Assembly: GCA_963761195.1 (NCBI GenBank) | Contig: CAVXGA010000018.1 | Coordinates: forward strand, 7,285 to 71,284 | Source of the DNA: an uncultured Bacteroidales bacterium | Lineage (GTDB): Bacteria > Bacteroidota > Bacteroidia > Bacteroidales > JAADJA01 | Length of the DNA: 64,000 nucleotides | Direction: 5' to 3' | Part shown: positions 11,270-21,991 of the stretch, piece after piece | How positions within the stretch are numbered: the stretch's first letter is position 1 | Layout of the letters: each line of letters starts with the position of its first letter | The notes under the pieces: generated by a model | Told to the model about the DNA's origin: nothing | What the model saw: the letters and a program-made list of their open reading frames with translations, nothing else | Database searches by the model: none | Made by a program: the position numbers and the translations under genes

Positions 11270-12985
11270 TTATTTTATCATTGCCAGACGAATGGTTTCT
11301 GAATGTTCGCCTGCTATCAAACGGCAGTAACAAATGCTTCCTGCTATTTCATTCGCAACAAAATCCACTGTATACGAACCTGCAGGCTGTGTTTTATTTA
11401 CAAGAGTTTTGATCTCTTTTCCCATCACGTCGTAAATAACCAATTTGACATTATCAGTGGCTTGTAAACTATATCGAATCGTCGTTTTGCCGGCAAAGGG
11501 ATTTGGGTAACTAGTGAGTGATTGAAAATGCTGATCTCCTGCTATACTTCCCGTTCCTGTAAACTGCAACATAATATGACCATAATAAACATCCTCCTCA
11601 CCATTAAGTGTATTGGCCCAGGCGAGATGAGCACCTGTCTCATCCGATTCCATTTCAAAGTAATCACCCATTTTTTGCTGATTTGGCCAGCCAACATGAG
11701 GATCAAAAGAATCTGAAAGTTTCTCATTTGCCGACCATGTAAATCCCTGATCAATGGAATACGAATAATAAAGAGCCGACATATACGGATTAGAAGTTGC
11801 ATCACGTGTATCCAGCCATATTACATCTATCCGGCCGGTTGGGGCTACCGACATGGTTCCAAACCATTGATAATTGCTTGTTCCTATATCATCATTAATA
11901 CGTATTGCCGAACTCCATGACAATCCTCCATCTGTACTCCTTACAAACATAACGTCAGCAGGATCCGGGTTCGAATTCCGCTCGACAGAAGCGAGTGCAT
12001 ATACATTGCCATTTCCCGGTCCGCCTGAACGATCGACATCAATACTAACCTGACCAAGTATACCTTCCGGATTAATATTTGTCCAGCCTGTAACATAGCC
12101 TCCAATATCAACAGATGTATAGTAATCCCAATTTACTATTTCACCTGAATTCTGAGCACTGGTCGACTTGGCTACAACAATACCATCCCATCCTCCGGCA
12201 CCGCCAATATACAATTCTCCATTGGGTCCGATAGCCATTGTACCCCAATAAGGATCACCATCAACACTAACACAATCTTCATAAAAGTTACCACCGTCGG
12301 TTGACCGGGTAAAATTTTCGGGATAACAAATACTATAAGAAGATGTCCAGAATGAATAAATATTTCCAGCACCAGCACTGGCAGTTTTATCAATAATCAT
12401 CCATTGCTTATCTCCACCCTGGGCGAATGTTCCGCCATCCCAATCAAATCCGCCTTCCCCACTTCTATATACGTTACAAGTATAATTATTAAAGTCATCA
12501 ACTGTAAGGCTGTTGTAATAAAATATTCCCTCTGAATCACAATCCAGTACCGGATCAGAACGAAAGATACCGGGATTGATCACTCCTGGAAAGGTCCAGG
12601 TTTGTCCACCATCGTCAGAATATCCATACCCCGCCTGTCTGAAATTATTATTCACATCATCAAATTGTCTCCAGCCGATAACAATCCGGTTAGGATTTGT
12701 AGGGTCGACAGCAATGGAGGGCTCATTGGCTGCATCGCCAATAATATTATTTCCGTTTTCGTCAACATTTACCTGTGTCGTAAAAAAGGTAGTACTCTTA
12801 TATGTATAAGCTGGTGAAGTTGCGTGGTTTTTATTTGAATTGGGAAGGTATTTATCACCCGGCGTTTCATGATGCATGTAAGATTTGTTTTTAGGTGAAT
12901 CATCAGTATTTTGTCCTGATGAGATCGCTGGTAAACAAACTACCAAACCAATCAATAAATAATCCTCAATTTTAAATTTTTTCAT
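11270..12985 (-). CDS. T9SS-secreted Asp-box (BNR/sialidase-like) beta-propeller protein
   Basis: Asp-boxes SDDGGQTW, STDGGNFY, STDGGLSW and SIDQGFTW; CTD YPNPF...IYDVMGKEI. Confidence 0.8.
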   Translation of the reverse strand: MKKFKIEDYLLIGLVVCLPAISSGQNTDDSPKNKSYMHHETPGDKYLPNSNKNHATSPAYTYKSTTFFTTQVNVDENGNNIIGDAANEPSIAVDPTNPNRIVIGWRQFDDVNNNFRQAGYGYSDDGGQTWTFPGVINPGIFRSDPVLDCDSEGIFYYNSLTVDDFNNYTCNVYRSGEGGFDWDGGTFAQGGDKQWMIIDKTASAGAGNIYSFWTSSYSICYPENFTRSTDGGNFYEDCVSVDGDPYWGTMAIGPNGELYIGGAGGWDGIVVAKSTSAQNSGEIVNWDYYTSVDIGGYVTGWTNINPEGILGQVSIDVDRSGGPGNGNVYALASVERNSNPDPADVMFVRSTDGGLSWSSAIRINDDIGTSNYQWFGTMSVAPTGRIDVIWLDTRDATSNPYMSALYYSYSIDQGFTWSANEKLSDSFDPHVGWPNQQKMGDYFEMESDETGAHLAWANTLNGEEDVYYGHIMLQFTGTGSIAGDQHFQSLTSYPNPFAGKTTIRYSLQATDNVKLVIYDVMGKEIKTLVNKTQPAGSYTVDFVANEIAGSICYCRLIAGEHSETIRLAMIK

Positions 12986-13191
12986 AATAGATGAAATTAT
13001 TCGTTATTATATGATAATTGACAAAAGTATTTAATTTTATCAGATATCCAAGGACGTGAAATTTAAAAATAAGTTGACTATCGTGCTACTCTTATATCAA
13101 TTTTGCTTAAGCAGAAAAGTATGGCTAATTCCACTCTCAAATAACAATAGAATTTAATTTTAAGTGTATAAGCTGGAGAAAGTAATCGTGG

Positions 13192-14268
13192 TTAGCATTT
13201 ATAGGTTATGGCATTGATGTTCATTCCTGCACCCACAGACGCAAATACAATTACATCGCCGGGTTCAAGAGCATGATCACCAAATTTTTCCTTTCTCACC
13301 AGGTCGAGTAGTGTAGGTACAGTGGCAACGGAATTGTTTCCCAGTTTATGAATGCTCATTGGCACCAAATTTTCAGGCACCTGTCGGATTCCGTACAATC
13401 TGTACAAACGGTTCACGATTTCCTGGTCCATCTTTTCGTTGGCCTGATGAATGAATATCTTCTTTACATCAGTGATTGAAAATCCTGCATTATCAATGCA
13501 TGATTTCATTGCTCCCGGGACATATTTCAATGAAAACTCATAGATCTTGCGGCCGTGCATTTTTAGATACCTGATATTGGGATCGGCATTCTGAATGTTT
13601 GATTTTCCAAGGTAAAGGTAAAAAGCTTCTTCCTTGGTGTAGGATTCAGATATAAAAGACAAGAATCCTCTTTTATAATCTTCCTTGACGACCTCAACTA
13701 CAGTAGCACCTGCACCATCGGAATAGATCATTGTATCACGGTCATGAATATCCACAACTCTTGATAATGTTTCGGTACCAATAATAAGGCATTTTTTTGC
13801 AACGCCATTTCGGATAAAGGAATCGGCATGAATAAATCCCTGAATCCAACCCGGACATCCAAATATTAAGTCATACGCAACACATTTGGGGTTTTGAAGC
13901 CCGATATTATGTTTAATTCTGGCAGCCATGCTGGGAAGGATATCAGTCTGTATGGTATCTTTTCTGACATCACCAAAATCGTGAGCGACAATGATTTGAT
14001 CCAACTCTTCCGGATCAATTCCGGCATCTTCAATTGCTTTTTGTGCTGCAATTGTCCCTATATCCGAAGCATTAAGATCATTGGTAACATACCGTCGTTC
14101 AAAAATTCCAGTTATGGCAGTAAATTTTTCAGAAATTTCGTCATGTGTCTGATCGAAAGCGACACTGTTGGTATCGTAAAATTTATTTTGTGCAAAATCA
14201 GGATTTGTCACAATTTCCGTAGGAATATAGCTTCCGGTACCCGTTATTACCGTATTTAAATAATTCAT
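13192..14268 (-). CDS. fabH: Beta-ketoacyl-ACP synthase III family protein
   Basis: ITGTGSYIP, TGIFERR, catalytic Cys (FGCPG), HQAN, GN.S, GAGM. Confidence 0.88.
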   Translation of the reverse strand: MNYLNTVITGTGSYIPTEIVTNPDFAQNKFYDTNSVAFDQTHDEISEKFTAITGIFERRYVTNDLNASDIGTIAAQKAIEDAGIDPEELDQIIVAHDFGDVRKDTIQTDILPSMAARIKHNIGLQNPKCVAYDLIFGCPGWIQGFIHADSFIRNGVAKKCLIIGTETLSRVVDIHDRDTMIYSDGAGATVVEVVKEDYKRGFLSFISESYTKEEAFYLYLGKSNIQNADPNIRYLKMHGRKIYEFSLKYVPGAMKSCIDNAGFSITDVKKIFIHQANEKMDQEIVNRLYRLYGIRQVPENLVPMSIHKLGNNSVATVPTLLDLVRKEKFGDHALEPGDVIVFASVGAGMNINAITYKC

Positions 14269-14406
14269 CGCAATTTAAACAGATTAAAAGGACTAATGTT
14301 GGTTACAAATTTAATAAATATTCAGAATAGGTTATCCCAAAATTCGATATCAGAATTAACTATAAAACTCATAAATAAAAAGTGGACCATGATTGCCTTA
14401 TGGAAA

Positions 14407-15429
14407 TTATAGCTTATCAAGATAATTTGTCCAATCAGTCTTCTTTCTGCTTTTCCAGTCTCCCTGATGGTAAACATAGCTGATCATCAGTGGCAGAACC
14501 GTTGTCGCTTCAGCATAAACCATTTGCTCATATACCGTTTCGACCTTCCCCCAGGAAGAGGCTTCTTTTAATGTTGAGCTGGAACATGCCCCATCACGTG
14601 GATCGGCAACTGTTATCTGAACGGCATATTTGTGCATAGGTACATTTGAACCAAGCATTTCGGCACAAATTACTGTATCCTGAACAAAATTCTTGGGTAC
14701 CCCACCGCCAATCATAAACAACCCGGTAATTTTTGCAGCCATTTTAATTTTTGTGAGTTCAAGAAAGTCCTTAACAGAGTCAATTGATAAATGCGAATCC
14801 GGGTTGTCCCATTGATGTTTCACCAGCCCGAAACCAGCACTGCTATCTGTAAATGCAGGACAAAATATGGGGACATTATTTTCAAAACAAGCTTGCACCA
14901 ACGAATCCTTCTTTTTGGAATTTTTAGTAAGATAGCGGCCCATCTCCCTGATAAACTCTCTTGATGAATATGGCCTTTTTTCTAGGCTTTCAGCTATTTT
15001 ATTGACAGTGAGATCACATACCTGCAATTCTTCTTCATCAATGTATGTGTCATAGATCCGGTCGATATAATGATCACGAAGATCCTTATCATCAGCCGTA
15101 GCAATGCCTTTGTAATGTTTAAATCCGAGTGCTTCGAAAAAGTCCATGTCTACAATTGATGCCCCGGTTGCTACTATGGCATCTACCATTTTATTTTTCA
15201 CCATATCCACGTATACCTGCATACATCCACCGGCACTTGTGCTTCCGGCAAGCGTCAATATAATCGAACAATCTTTATCCCTGATCATACGGTTCAGAAT
15301 ATCTGTTGCATTGGCTGTATCGCGCGATGTAAATGACATTTCACGCATGGCATCGACAATCGGGGTCGAATCAAATGACTTGATATCGATGTGTTTAATG
15401 GTTTTTTTAAGGTAATCTTTCTTTTCCAT
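14407..15429 (-). CDS. Deoxyhypusine synthase-like protein (SpeY-type, homospermidine pathway)
   Basis: DRIYD, IFCPAFTDSS, IGGGVPKN, DGACSSSTLKEASSWGK (catalytic Lys). Confidence 0.92.
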   Translation of the reverse strand: MEKKDYLKKTIKHIDIKSFDSTPIVDAMREMSFTSRDTANATDILNRMIRDKDCSIILTLAGSTSAGGCMQVYVDMVKNKMVDAIVATGASIVDMDFFEALGFKHYKGIATADDKDLRDHYIDRIYDTYIDEEELQVCDLTVNKIAESLEKRPYSSREFIREMGRYLTKNSKKKDSLVQACFENNVPIFCPAFTDSSAGFGLVKHQWDNPDSHLSIDSVKDFLELTKIKMAAKITGLFMIGGGVPKNFVQDTVICAEMLGSNVPMHKYAVQITVADPRDGACSSSTLKEASSWGKVETVYEQMVYAEATTVLPLMISYVYHQGDWKSRKKTDWTNYLDKL

Positions 15430-15431
15430 CA

Positions 15432-16278
15432 CTATTTATTTAAAAATTTATAGCTCAAAATTTTATAAACAAGCTTTGCTGCAAGAAAATCGGAAGCTTT
15501 GTCTCGGCTATCCGGGCAAAGTTCTACCACGTCGAAACCCACAAGGTTTCTATTTTCGATAACCTTTTTTAGAAATTTCAACGTTGGATACCACATGAGG
15601 CCTCCCGGTTCAGGGGTTCCTGTAGATGACAGAATTGAAGGATCGAACCCGTCAAGATCAAATGTAAGATATACATTTGCGCTTAATCGACTCAGGGCTT
15701 TCTCCATCCATTCCACATTGTCATGAATATCACGCGCATAAAAGATATTATTTGCCACAACAAACTGCATTTCTTCCACATCCATGCTACGGATACCAAC
15801 CTGCACATAGGAGCACCATTCCCGCACTCTTGCCATAACGCAAGCATGATTATACTTGCTTCCCTCATATTCGGGACGAAGGTCGGTATGAGCATCGATC
15901 TGTAGAACGGTTAAATCCTGAAAATGTTTCGGTATGCGCTTTAATAGCTCCAATACTGACAGAATGTTCACCACCGATGGTAACTGCAAATTTATTTTTG
16001 GCAAGATGGTTTTTGACCCTTGCATACACAGCATCTGTCATTAATTCGGGTGAACGATTCTCCGAAATGGATTCTTCTGTAAAAATACCCTGTTTATAAA
16101 CTTCGGTATTCGTCTCGATGTCATATAATTCCATATTCGCTGAAGCATCCAGTAAAGCTGCGGGACCTTTATCCGCACCTTTAATCCAGGTACTCGTTCC
16201 GTCATAAGGAACCGGAATAATGACAATCGCTGAGGATTCTAAACGTGAATAATTTTCTGAAATGCCTCCGTAATTCAT
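15432..16278 (-). CDS. speB: Agmatinase/ureohydrolase, with one extra base in the homopolymer at 15921-15924
   Basis: GGEHSVS in the first frame; DAHTD and TFDLDGFDPS..TGTPEPGG in the second. Removing one base joins them. Confidence 0.92.
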
Positions 16279-16290
16279 TTTACAAAAATA

Positions 16291-17688
16291 TTAATATCCA
16301 AGGATTTTAAACATGGACTTATAACTCTGTTCTTTTGCAAATAGTTTTGTGATAATTTCACCATCTTTATCTTTATCGATGATAATATGTTTTGGAGCTG
16401 GTATCAGACAATGTTGAATTCCACCATAACCGCCGATTGATTCCTGGTAAGCTCCTGTATGGAAAAGTCCGATATACAATGTTCCGTTATCTTTCAATTT
16501 GGGCAAAAACACCGCATTCGCATGTTCTTCAGAATTATAATAATCCTCACTGTCACATGTAAGCCCTCCTAAGAAGACCCGCTCATACTCTTTGTCCCAA
16601 TTGTTTATAGCCAACAAAATAAATCGTTTGTTTATGGCCCAGGTATCAGGCAAAGTAGTCATAAAAGAACTATCGATCATATTCCATGATTCACGGTCAT
16701 TTTGTCTTTTCTGGTCAAGAATCGAATAAAGCACTGCGCCGCTCTCACCTACTGTATAGGAACCAAATTCAGTAAAAATATCTGGTTCCGGTGTATTATT
16801 CTGAACACAAATATTTTTTATTTGCAATACAATTTCTTCCGTCATATATTCATAATCATAGTTGTATGCAAGACTGTTTTTTATAGGAAATCCTCCACCA
16901 ATATTGAGTGAGTCTACTTCAGGACAAACTTTTTTCAGTTCGCAATATACATTAACACTTTTGGTAAGTTCATTCCAGTAATAGGCACTGTCCTTTATCC
17001 CTGTATTGATAAAAAAATGAAGCATTTTCATTTCCAGGTTGGGGTTGTTTTTAATATTTTCGAGGTAATAAGGGACGATATCATTATACCTGATTCCTAA
17101 ACGCGATGTATAAAATTCAAATTTGGGTTCTTCTTCAGATGCAATTCGCATTCCGATTTTTAATTTTTTTCCTTTAGGTAATTCCGATTTATAAAAATGC
17201 AACTCCGACATGTTATCTAAAACAGGAATAATATTCTCAAAACCATCACCTGCAATTTTAAGAATATTTTCAAGGTATTGAGAGCGTTTGTATCCATTAC
17301 AAATAATGTAAGTATCCTTCGATACCTTTCCTTGTTCAAATAATGTTTCAACAATGTTCAAATCAAAAGCCGAAGAAGTTTCAATATGTACGTCATTTTT
17401 TAATGCTTCATCCAGAACAAATGAGAAGTGCGAGCTTTTTGTGCAATAGCTATAAAAGTAATTTCCATTGTAATCCGCTTTAGCCATGGCTACATTAAAC
17501 ATTTTTTTTGCCCGCTGTATTTGCATCGAAATTTTGGGCAGATAACTAATTTTCAAGGGGGTTCCATATTGCTTAATAATGTCCATCAGGGATATTTCAT
17601 GGAAGTAAAGTTCCCCATCAATTACTTCAAATTCATCCTGTGGAAAGTCAAAAGTCTGCTCAATCAGATCGATATACTTGGTTTTCAT
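16291..17688 (-). CDS. speA: Arginine decarboxylase (PLP fold type III, short Bacteroidota form)
   Basis: YCTKSSH (PLP Lys), NIGGG, TEFG, GLTCDSED, TGAYQE; first gene upstream of speB. Confidence 0.9.
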   Translation of the reverse strand: MKTKYIDLIEQTFDFPQDEFEVIDGELYFHEISLMDIIKQYGTPLKISYLPKISMQIQRAKKMFNVAMAKADYNGNYFYSYCTKSSHFSFVLDEALKNDVHIETSSAFDLNIVETLFEQGKVSKDTYIICNGYKRSQYLENILKIAGDGFENIIPVLDNMSELHFYKSELPKGKKLKIGMRIASEEEPKFEFYTSRLGIRYNDIVPYYLENIKNNPNLEMKMLHFFINTGIKDSAYYWNELTKSVNVYCELKKVCPEVDSLNIGGGFPIKNSLAYNYDYEYMTEEIVLQIKNICVQNNTPEPDIFTEFGSYTVGESGAVLYSILDQKRQNDRESWNMIDSSFMTTLPDTWAINKRFILLAINNWDKEYERVFLGGLTCDSEDYYNSEEHANAVFLPKLKDNGTLYIGLFHTGAYQESIGGYGGIQHCLIPAPKHIIIDKDKDGEIITKLFAKEQSYKSMFKILGY

Positions 17689-17907
17689 TTTATAAATTTA
17701 AATTAGTTACTCGTCATTTTTTTACTTAATGTAAATAAACCCGATTACTGAAAAAAGTATGAACTAAGGGTTGCAAAATTAAGGTTTTAAGGCGGTTCGG
17801 AAACAAATAATTAATAATTATTTTATTATAGATTCAACTTTTTTTAACACTTCTCAAAGAAGTGTTATTGGCTAATTTTATACTTTTGCTTCTGGAATCT
17901 TCATTTT

Positions 17908-18663
17908 ATGCGAAAACTAATATTATTGCTCTTGTTGAATTTTGCTTTTTGCTCGTTGACTTCTGGGCAAAATGAAAATCAGCAATATAATTTGTTTGGT
18001 AAAGTAAATGATGATACAGGAAGTACACTTTCGGAGGTAAACATCATTAACCTTTCCCGACTTACAGGTACAACTACCAATGATGTTGGTTTGTTTGGCA
18101 TTCATGTGAAAGAAAGAGATACTGTACAAATATCTGCTATCGGATTTAAAACTGTTCTCTTTATAGCCCCTACACCTACAGGCTCCGATCTTTACAAAAC
18201 ATTTACCGTTTTTAAAGACACGGTTAATCTATCAGAGGTCATTATTTATCCATATCCGTCAACATTGGAAAGCCTTAAGAAAGATTTTCTGACATTGGAA
18301 TTACCCAATGACGAACCAATAATGGATCTTCATCTGGAGGATATACCCATTGAACCTGAGCCTCAAACAGGTGCTATCATCCAGGGACCTTTCACGATGC
18401 TGTACGAAACAATTAGTCGCCATGGAAAAATTTTAAAAAAATATGGAGATATTGTCGGTAATGATCAGCTTAAAACAATGGCTGCCAAAACCTATACAAA
18501 GGAGCTTGTAAAAAAAATAACGGGACTCCAAAAAGCAGAGGATATCAGCAAATTTATGGAATTTTGTAACCTTGAACCTGAGTTCATTTTAAATTCAAAA
18601 AGGTATGAGCTCTATCTCGCGATATCCAATTGCTTTAAAGAATTTACTAACAAAAAGGAATAA
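17908..18663 (+). CDS. Secreted protein with carboxypeptidase-like regulatory domain
   Basis: Signal peptide; GKVND..G..L..VNI...GTTTN..G.F.I, ISAIGFK, L.EV.I pattern. Confidence 0.8.
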   Translation: MRKLILLLLLNFAFCSLTSGQNENQQYNLFGKVNDDTGSTLSEVNIINLSRLTGTTTNDVGLFGIHVKERDTVQISAIGFKTVLFIAPTPTGSDLYKTFTVFKDTVNLSEVIIYPYPSTLESLKKDFLTLELPNDEPIMDLHLEDIPIEPEPQTGAIIQGPFTMLYETISRHGKILKKYGDIVGNDQLKTMAAKTYTKELVKKITGLQKAEDISKFMEFCNLEPEFILNSKRYELYLAISNCFKEFTNKKE

Positions 18664-18795
18664 GTTTTCACACTTTTTTTATCCCAATAATATAATTTTC
18701 CTTATTTAGTTCTTCATCCTTTACGGGATTTTCGTAACTATTATTTATAATTAAAGTACAATTCACTAATTTATTGATCATTAACTTATTTAAAA

Positions 18796-19146
18796 ATGAA
18801 AAAACAAATTGTATTATTAGGTATAGTAATCGCTGTATTTTTTTCTGTAAATTCCTGTTCATTTGAGGATGAAATTGTACTTGATCCTGGCAATATTACG
18901 GTATTTAATGACACTCCTTCCCCCTATGAAATTTCAATCCAGAATATTGATCTTAACAACCAAATAACGCTGCCGAATTTACTTATTGATTCAGGCAACA
19001 ATCACACTTTCCCTTTGGATAAGGGATACTCCTACCAACTTACCGCCACTGAGGCCACATTTGGCAAGACTGTGAAAAATTCATTTACAAAAGTTTTTTT
19101 AATAGGTCCTTACTCGGATAATACCTGGCATATTTTAGGAAAATAA
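18796..19146 (+). CDS. Hypothetical lipoprotein
   Basis: MKK plus hydrophobic segment plus VNSC lipobox; 116 aa. Confidence 0.7.
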   Translation: MKKQIVLLGIVIAVFFSVNSCSFEDEIVLDPGNITVFNDTPSPYEISIQNIDLNNQITLPNLLIDSGNNHTFPLDKGYSYQLTATEATFGKTVKNSFTKVFLIGPYSDNTWHILGK

Positions 19147-19266
19147 TATTCCGGATAATTTGTACCATTTTTTAATTTTCTGATAAAAGCTTTTTAATCA
19201 GAATTAATGGATCATTACTATTGGCTTTTTCCCTAATTTTGCCTTTCAAACTATAATTTCATACCT

Positions 19267-20139
19267 ATGAAAAATCTAACACTGTGCCTGATGATTGGTA
19301 TTCTTATTTCAGGAATAAATACATCTATATATGCCCAGTTAAAAAAAGGGATAAATGAGGTTTCCGTTGAAAAAATTTGGGAAACTCCAAATGAGCTGAC
19401 TACTTGCGAATCGGTATATTTTGATGAACAAAGAAACGTACTCTATGTGAGTTGTATCAACGGAAACCCTGTTGAAAAAGATCAAAACGGATTTATTGCG
19501 AAAGTATCGCCCGAAGGTAAGATAATCGTGCAAAAATGGATTACAGGATTAAATGCTCCTAAAGGAATGGGGATTATTGGGAACAATCTCTATGTTGCTG
19601 ATATCGACAGGATTGTTGAGATAAACATTGATAAATCGACGGTTTCAAAAGAATATCCGGTTGAAGGAGCAAAATTTCTGAATGATATTACTACCGATCC
19701 TCAGGGAAATGTTTACGTGTCGGATATGGCGACAAATATTATTCTTCGATTAAAAAATGGAATCGTCGAGCAATGGCTTCAAGATGATCAGATTAAAAGC
19801 CCAAACGGATTATGTTATGAAAATAATGACCTGTTGATTGGGACCAGTTCAGGAATTTACAGTGTAAGGATATCTGACAAGAAATTCTGGTTGACGGTTA
19901 AAATTTCAGGTGGAATAGATGGCCTGGAAGCAGATGGACAAGGGAATTATATCATATCGGACTGGAAGGGTAAAATTCAGGTTGTCAATTCGACTGATGA
20001 ACCGGTGGTGCTCTCAAATACTACGGAGGAAGGCATTAATGCAGCCGATATAAAGTATTTACCCGGAAAAAGATTGCTTTATGTTCCAACCTTTGGTGAT
20101 AACAGGGTTATGGCTTATAAAGTTATGTTCAGGCAATAA
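19267..20139 (+). CDS. Secreted SMP-30/gluconolactonase-like beta-propeller protein
   Basis: Signal peptide; ESV, LYVS.ING, GLNAPKGM, FLNDI, PNGL, IDGLE, AADI blade motifs. Confidence 0.82.
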   Translation: MKNLTLCLMIGILISGINTSIYAQLKKGINEVSVEKIWETPNELTTCESVYFDEQRNVLYVSCINGNPVEKDQNGFIAKVSPEGKIIVQKWITGLNAPKGMGIIGNNLYVADIDRIVEINIDKSTVSKEYPVEGAKFLNDITTDPQGNVYVSDMATNIILRLKNGIVEQWLQDDQIKSPNGLCYENNDLLIGTSSGIYSVRISDKKFWLTVKISGGIDGLEADGQGNYIISDWKGKIQVVNSTDEPVVLSNTTEEGINAADIKYLPGKRLLYVPTFGDNRVMAYKVMFRQ

Positions 20140-20299
20140 ATACCATTGCCAAATTGTTCTGGATAATAAAATGGCTGGATAAAAAACACATATAGCCGGG
20201 ATAATAATTATCAGTATCCATAGTTTTTGGTCTGATATATGCATTGTGTTAAAAGTTCAAAAAAAACAAATAAGGATTAACACATTAATAAACAAACAA

Positions 20300-20809
20300 A
20301 TGAAAAAGATTCTTTTAGGAATTTTGGTGCTGATATCTCAGGTGGGTCTGACCCAGCGAATGGCTTATATCCAAACAGACTCAATTGTAAGTCGAATGCC
20401 GGAATACAAAAAGGCAGCCGATGAGGTAGATGCACAAATAAAAAAATGGAATGATGAAATCGATGCCAAATTCAAAGCATTGGATCAGCTTTATCAGGAT
20501 TATGTCAAAAATGAATCTCTTTACCCGGATGATGTTAAAAAAGAAAAGCAGGATAATATCGTTGAAACTGAGAAAAAGGCGAAAGAGTACAGAGAGCAGA
20601 TATTTGGAAATAACGGCGAGCTTGCCAAATTGCAGGAATCAAAGTTAAAACCTTTTCTCGACAAAATTTTCGCTTCAGCAGCAAAGGTGGGAAAAGATAA
20701 TAAATACGATTATGTCTTTGAAAAAACACCTGAAATAAATTGGATTTATACAAATCCCGAAAATGATATTACCCAACTGGTAATAAAAGATCTTGGATTG
20801 GTTAAATAG
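20300..20809 (+). CDS. OmpH/Skp periplasmic chaperone family
   Basis: Signal peptide, AYI..DSI...MPEYK, coiled coil, IFG.NGEL, YDYVF, DIT..V...LG. Confidence 0.88.
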   Translation: MKKILLGILVLISQVGLTQRMAYIQTDSIVSRMPEYKKAADEVDAQIKKWNDEIDAKFKALDQLYQDYVKNESLYPDDVKKEKQDNIVETEKKAKEYREQIFGNNGELAKLQESKLKPFLDKIFASAAKVGKDNKYDYVFEKTPEINWIYTNPENDITQLVIKDLGLVK

Positions 20810-20845
20810 TATCGGACCGACAGTATTAACCGGATTTATTTTGGA

Positions 20846-21688
20846 TTAAAAGTCAAAGAATACATGTCCTAATTCCCTGGGATTTATACACATAACAGGT
20901 ATCTGAGCCTCATTGAAAATAATTTTTTCATTCCATGGACCCAGACTGAAATAAGATGTCCCAAGCTGTGGTTCGGTCAAAATCATAATCAGATCCATAT
21001 TATGTTCGATCGCGTATTCAACAACAATAATTGCTGATTCCCCTGATTTTTCTGCTGTTTCAACCGAATAAGCTATATTTGCTTTATACAAAGCTTCAGA
21101 AATTTGTTTTGTGATAATGTTGATCCTGGCCGCTTCAGCGGGTTCTTTCACATTTTCCTTAAGAATATGAACACTGGATTTAAATATTGAAGCAACAGAT
21201 ATAGTATGACTAACTTTTTGCCTTGCTTCGGTAAATGAATTGACCGGCAATAAAATATGTTTATAACCGGTAAATGATTTATGCTGAACTACGAGTGTCG
21301 GTACCTGAGCTTTGGTGATCACTTTTAAGGCATAACTTCCCATCAAATGCTGAATTCCCTTTTTACCGTGCGTTCCAAGCACAATTAAATTGGCACCCAA
21401 TGCTTCAGCCTTTTCATGAATCAAATCAAAAATGCTACCTTCTTCATAAATATAATCGATCTCGGTTTTGTATGTTTTCTTGAATCCATCAACAATCTCT
21501 TTCAGCTTTTTATCAACTTCAGTTTGTACATTTTTCCCCTTAAATAGTTCTTGAGTTTCTTTATTGATTACATGAAAAATAGTTACTTTAAAATTAATAA
21601 GCTCAGCAATCTTCAAACTGTGATCAATCGCATTATGGCATACTTCTGAGAAATCAGTCGGGACTAAAATGATATTTTTTAATTTCAT
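20846..21688 (-). CDS. Universal stress protein (tandem USP domains)
   Basis: ILVPTDFS, LIVLGTHGKKG...GS.A..V, second degenerate USP domain; TATTTTTG promoter element at 21709-21716 (-). Confidence 0.9.
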   Translation of the reverse strand: MKLKNIILVPTDFSEVCHNAIDHSLKIAELINFKVTIFHVINKETQELFKGKNVQTEVDKKLKEIVDGFKKTYKTEIDYIYEEGSIFDLIHEKAEALGANLIVLGTHGKKGIQHLMGSYALKVITKAQVPTLVVQHKSFTGYKHILLPVNSFTEARQKVSHTISVASIFKSSVHILKENVKEPAEAARINIITKQISEALYKANIAYSVETAEKSGESAIIVVEYAIEHNMDLIMILTEPQLGTSYFSLGPWNEKIIFNEAQIPVMCINPRELGHVFFDF

Positions 21689-21952
21689 ATTGCTTTTATT
21701 TTGAATTGCAAAAATAATCAAAAACTGTAATGTGCGATTAAAAGTCTGTCCGTAAAGTTGTAGGATTTGTAAGCTTTAAATTAAGAATCCATCCAAGAAA
21801 AACTCGGTTAACCTAATAACAGAACTTTAGGATGAGACCTTCAATAGTTGACATGCAACACAGTAAATGAATTAATGCAAACTTCACCAGCGATTAAAAG
21901 CCAATTGAAAAAATTAGTCAGCATCATCCGCAATTGGGCTCTATTTTACCTA

Positions 21953-21983
21953 AAAAAATAGGCTGTCAAAATTGACAGCCTTT
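21953..21983 (-). terminator. Rho-independent terminator after the tricorn protease gene
   Basis: AGGCTGTCAA/TTGACAGCCT stem followed by a T-run on the minus strand. Confidence 0.75.
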
Positions 21984-21991
21984 GTAACTTA

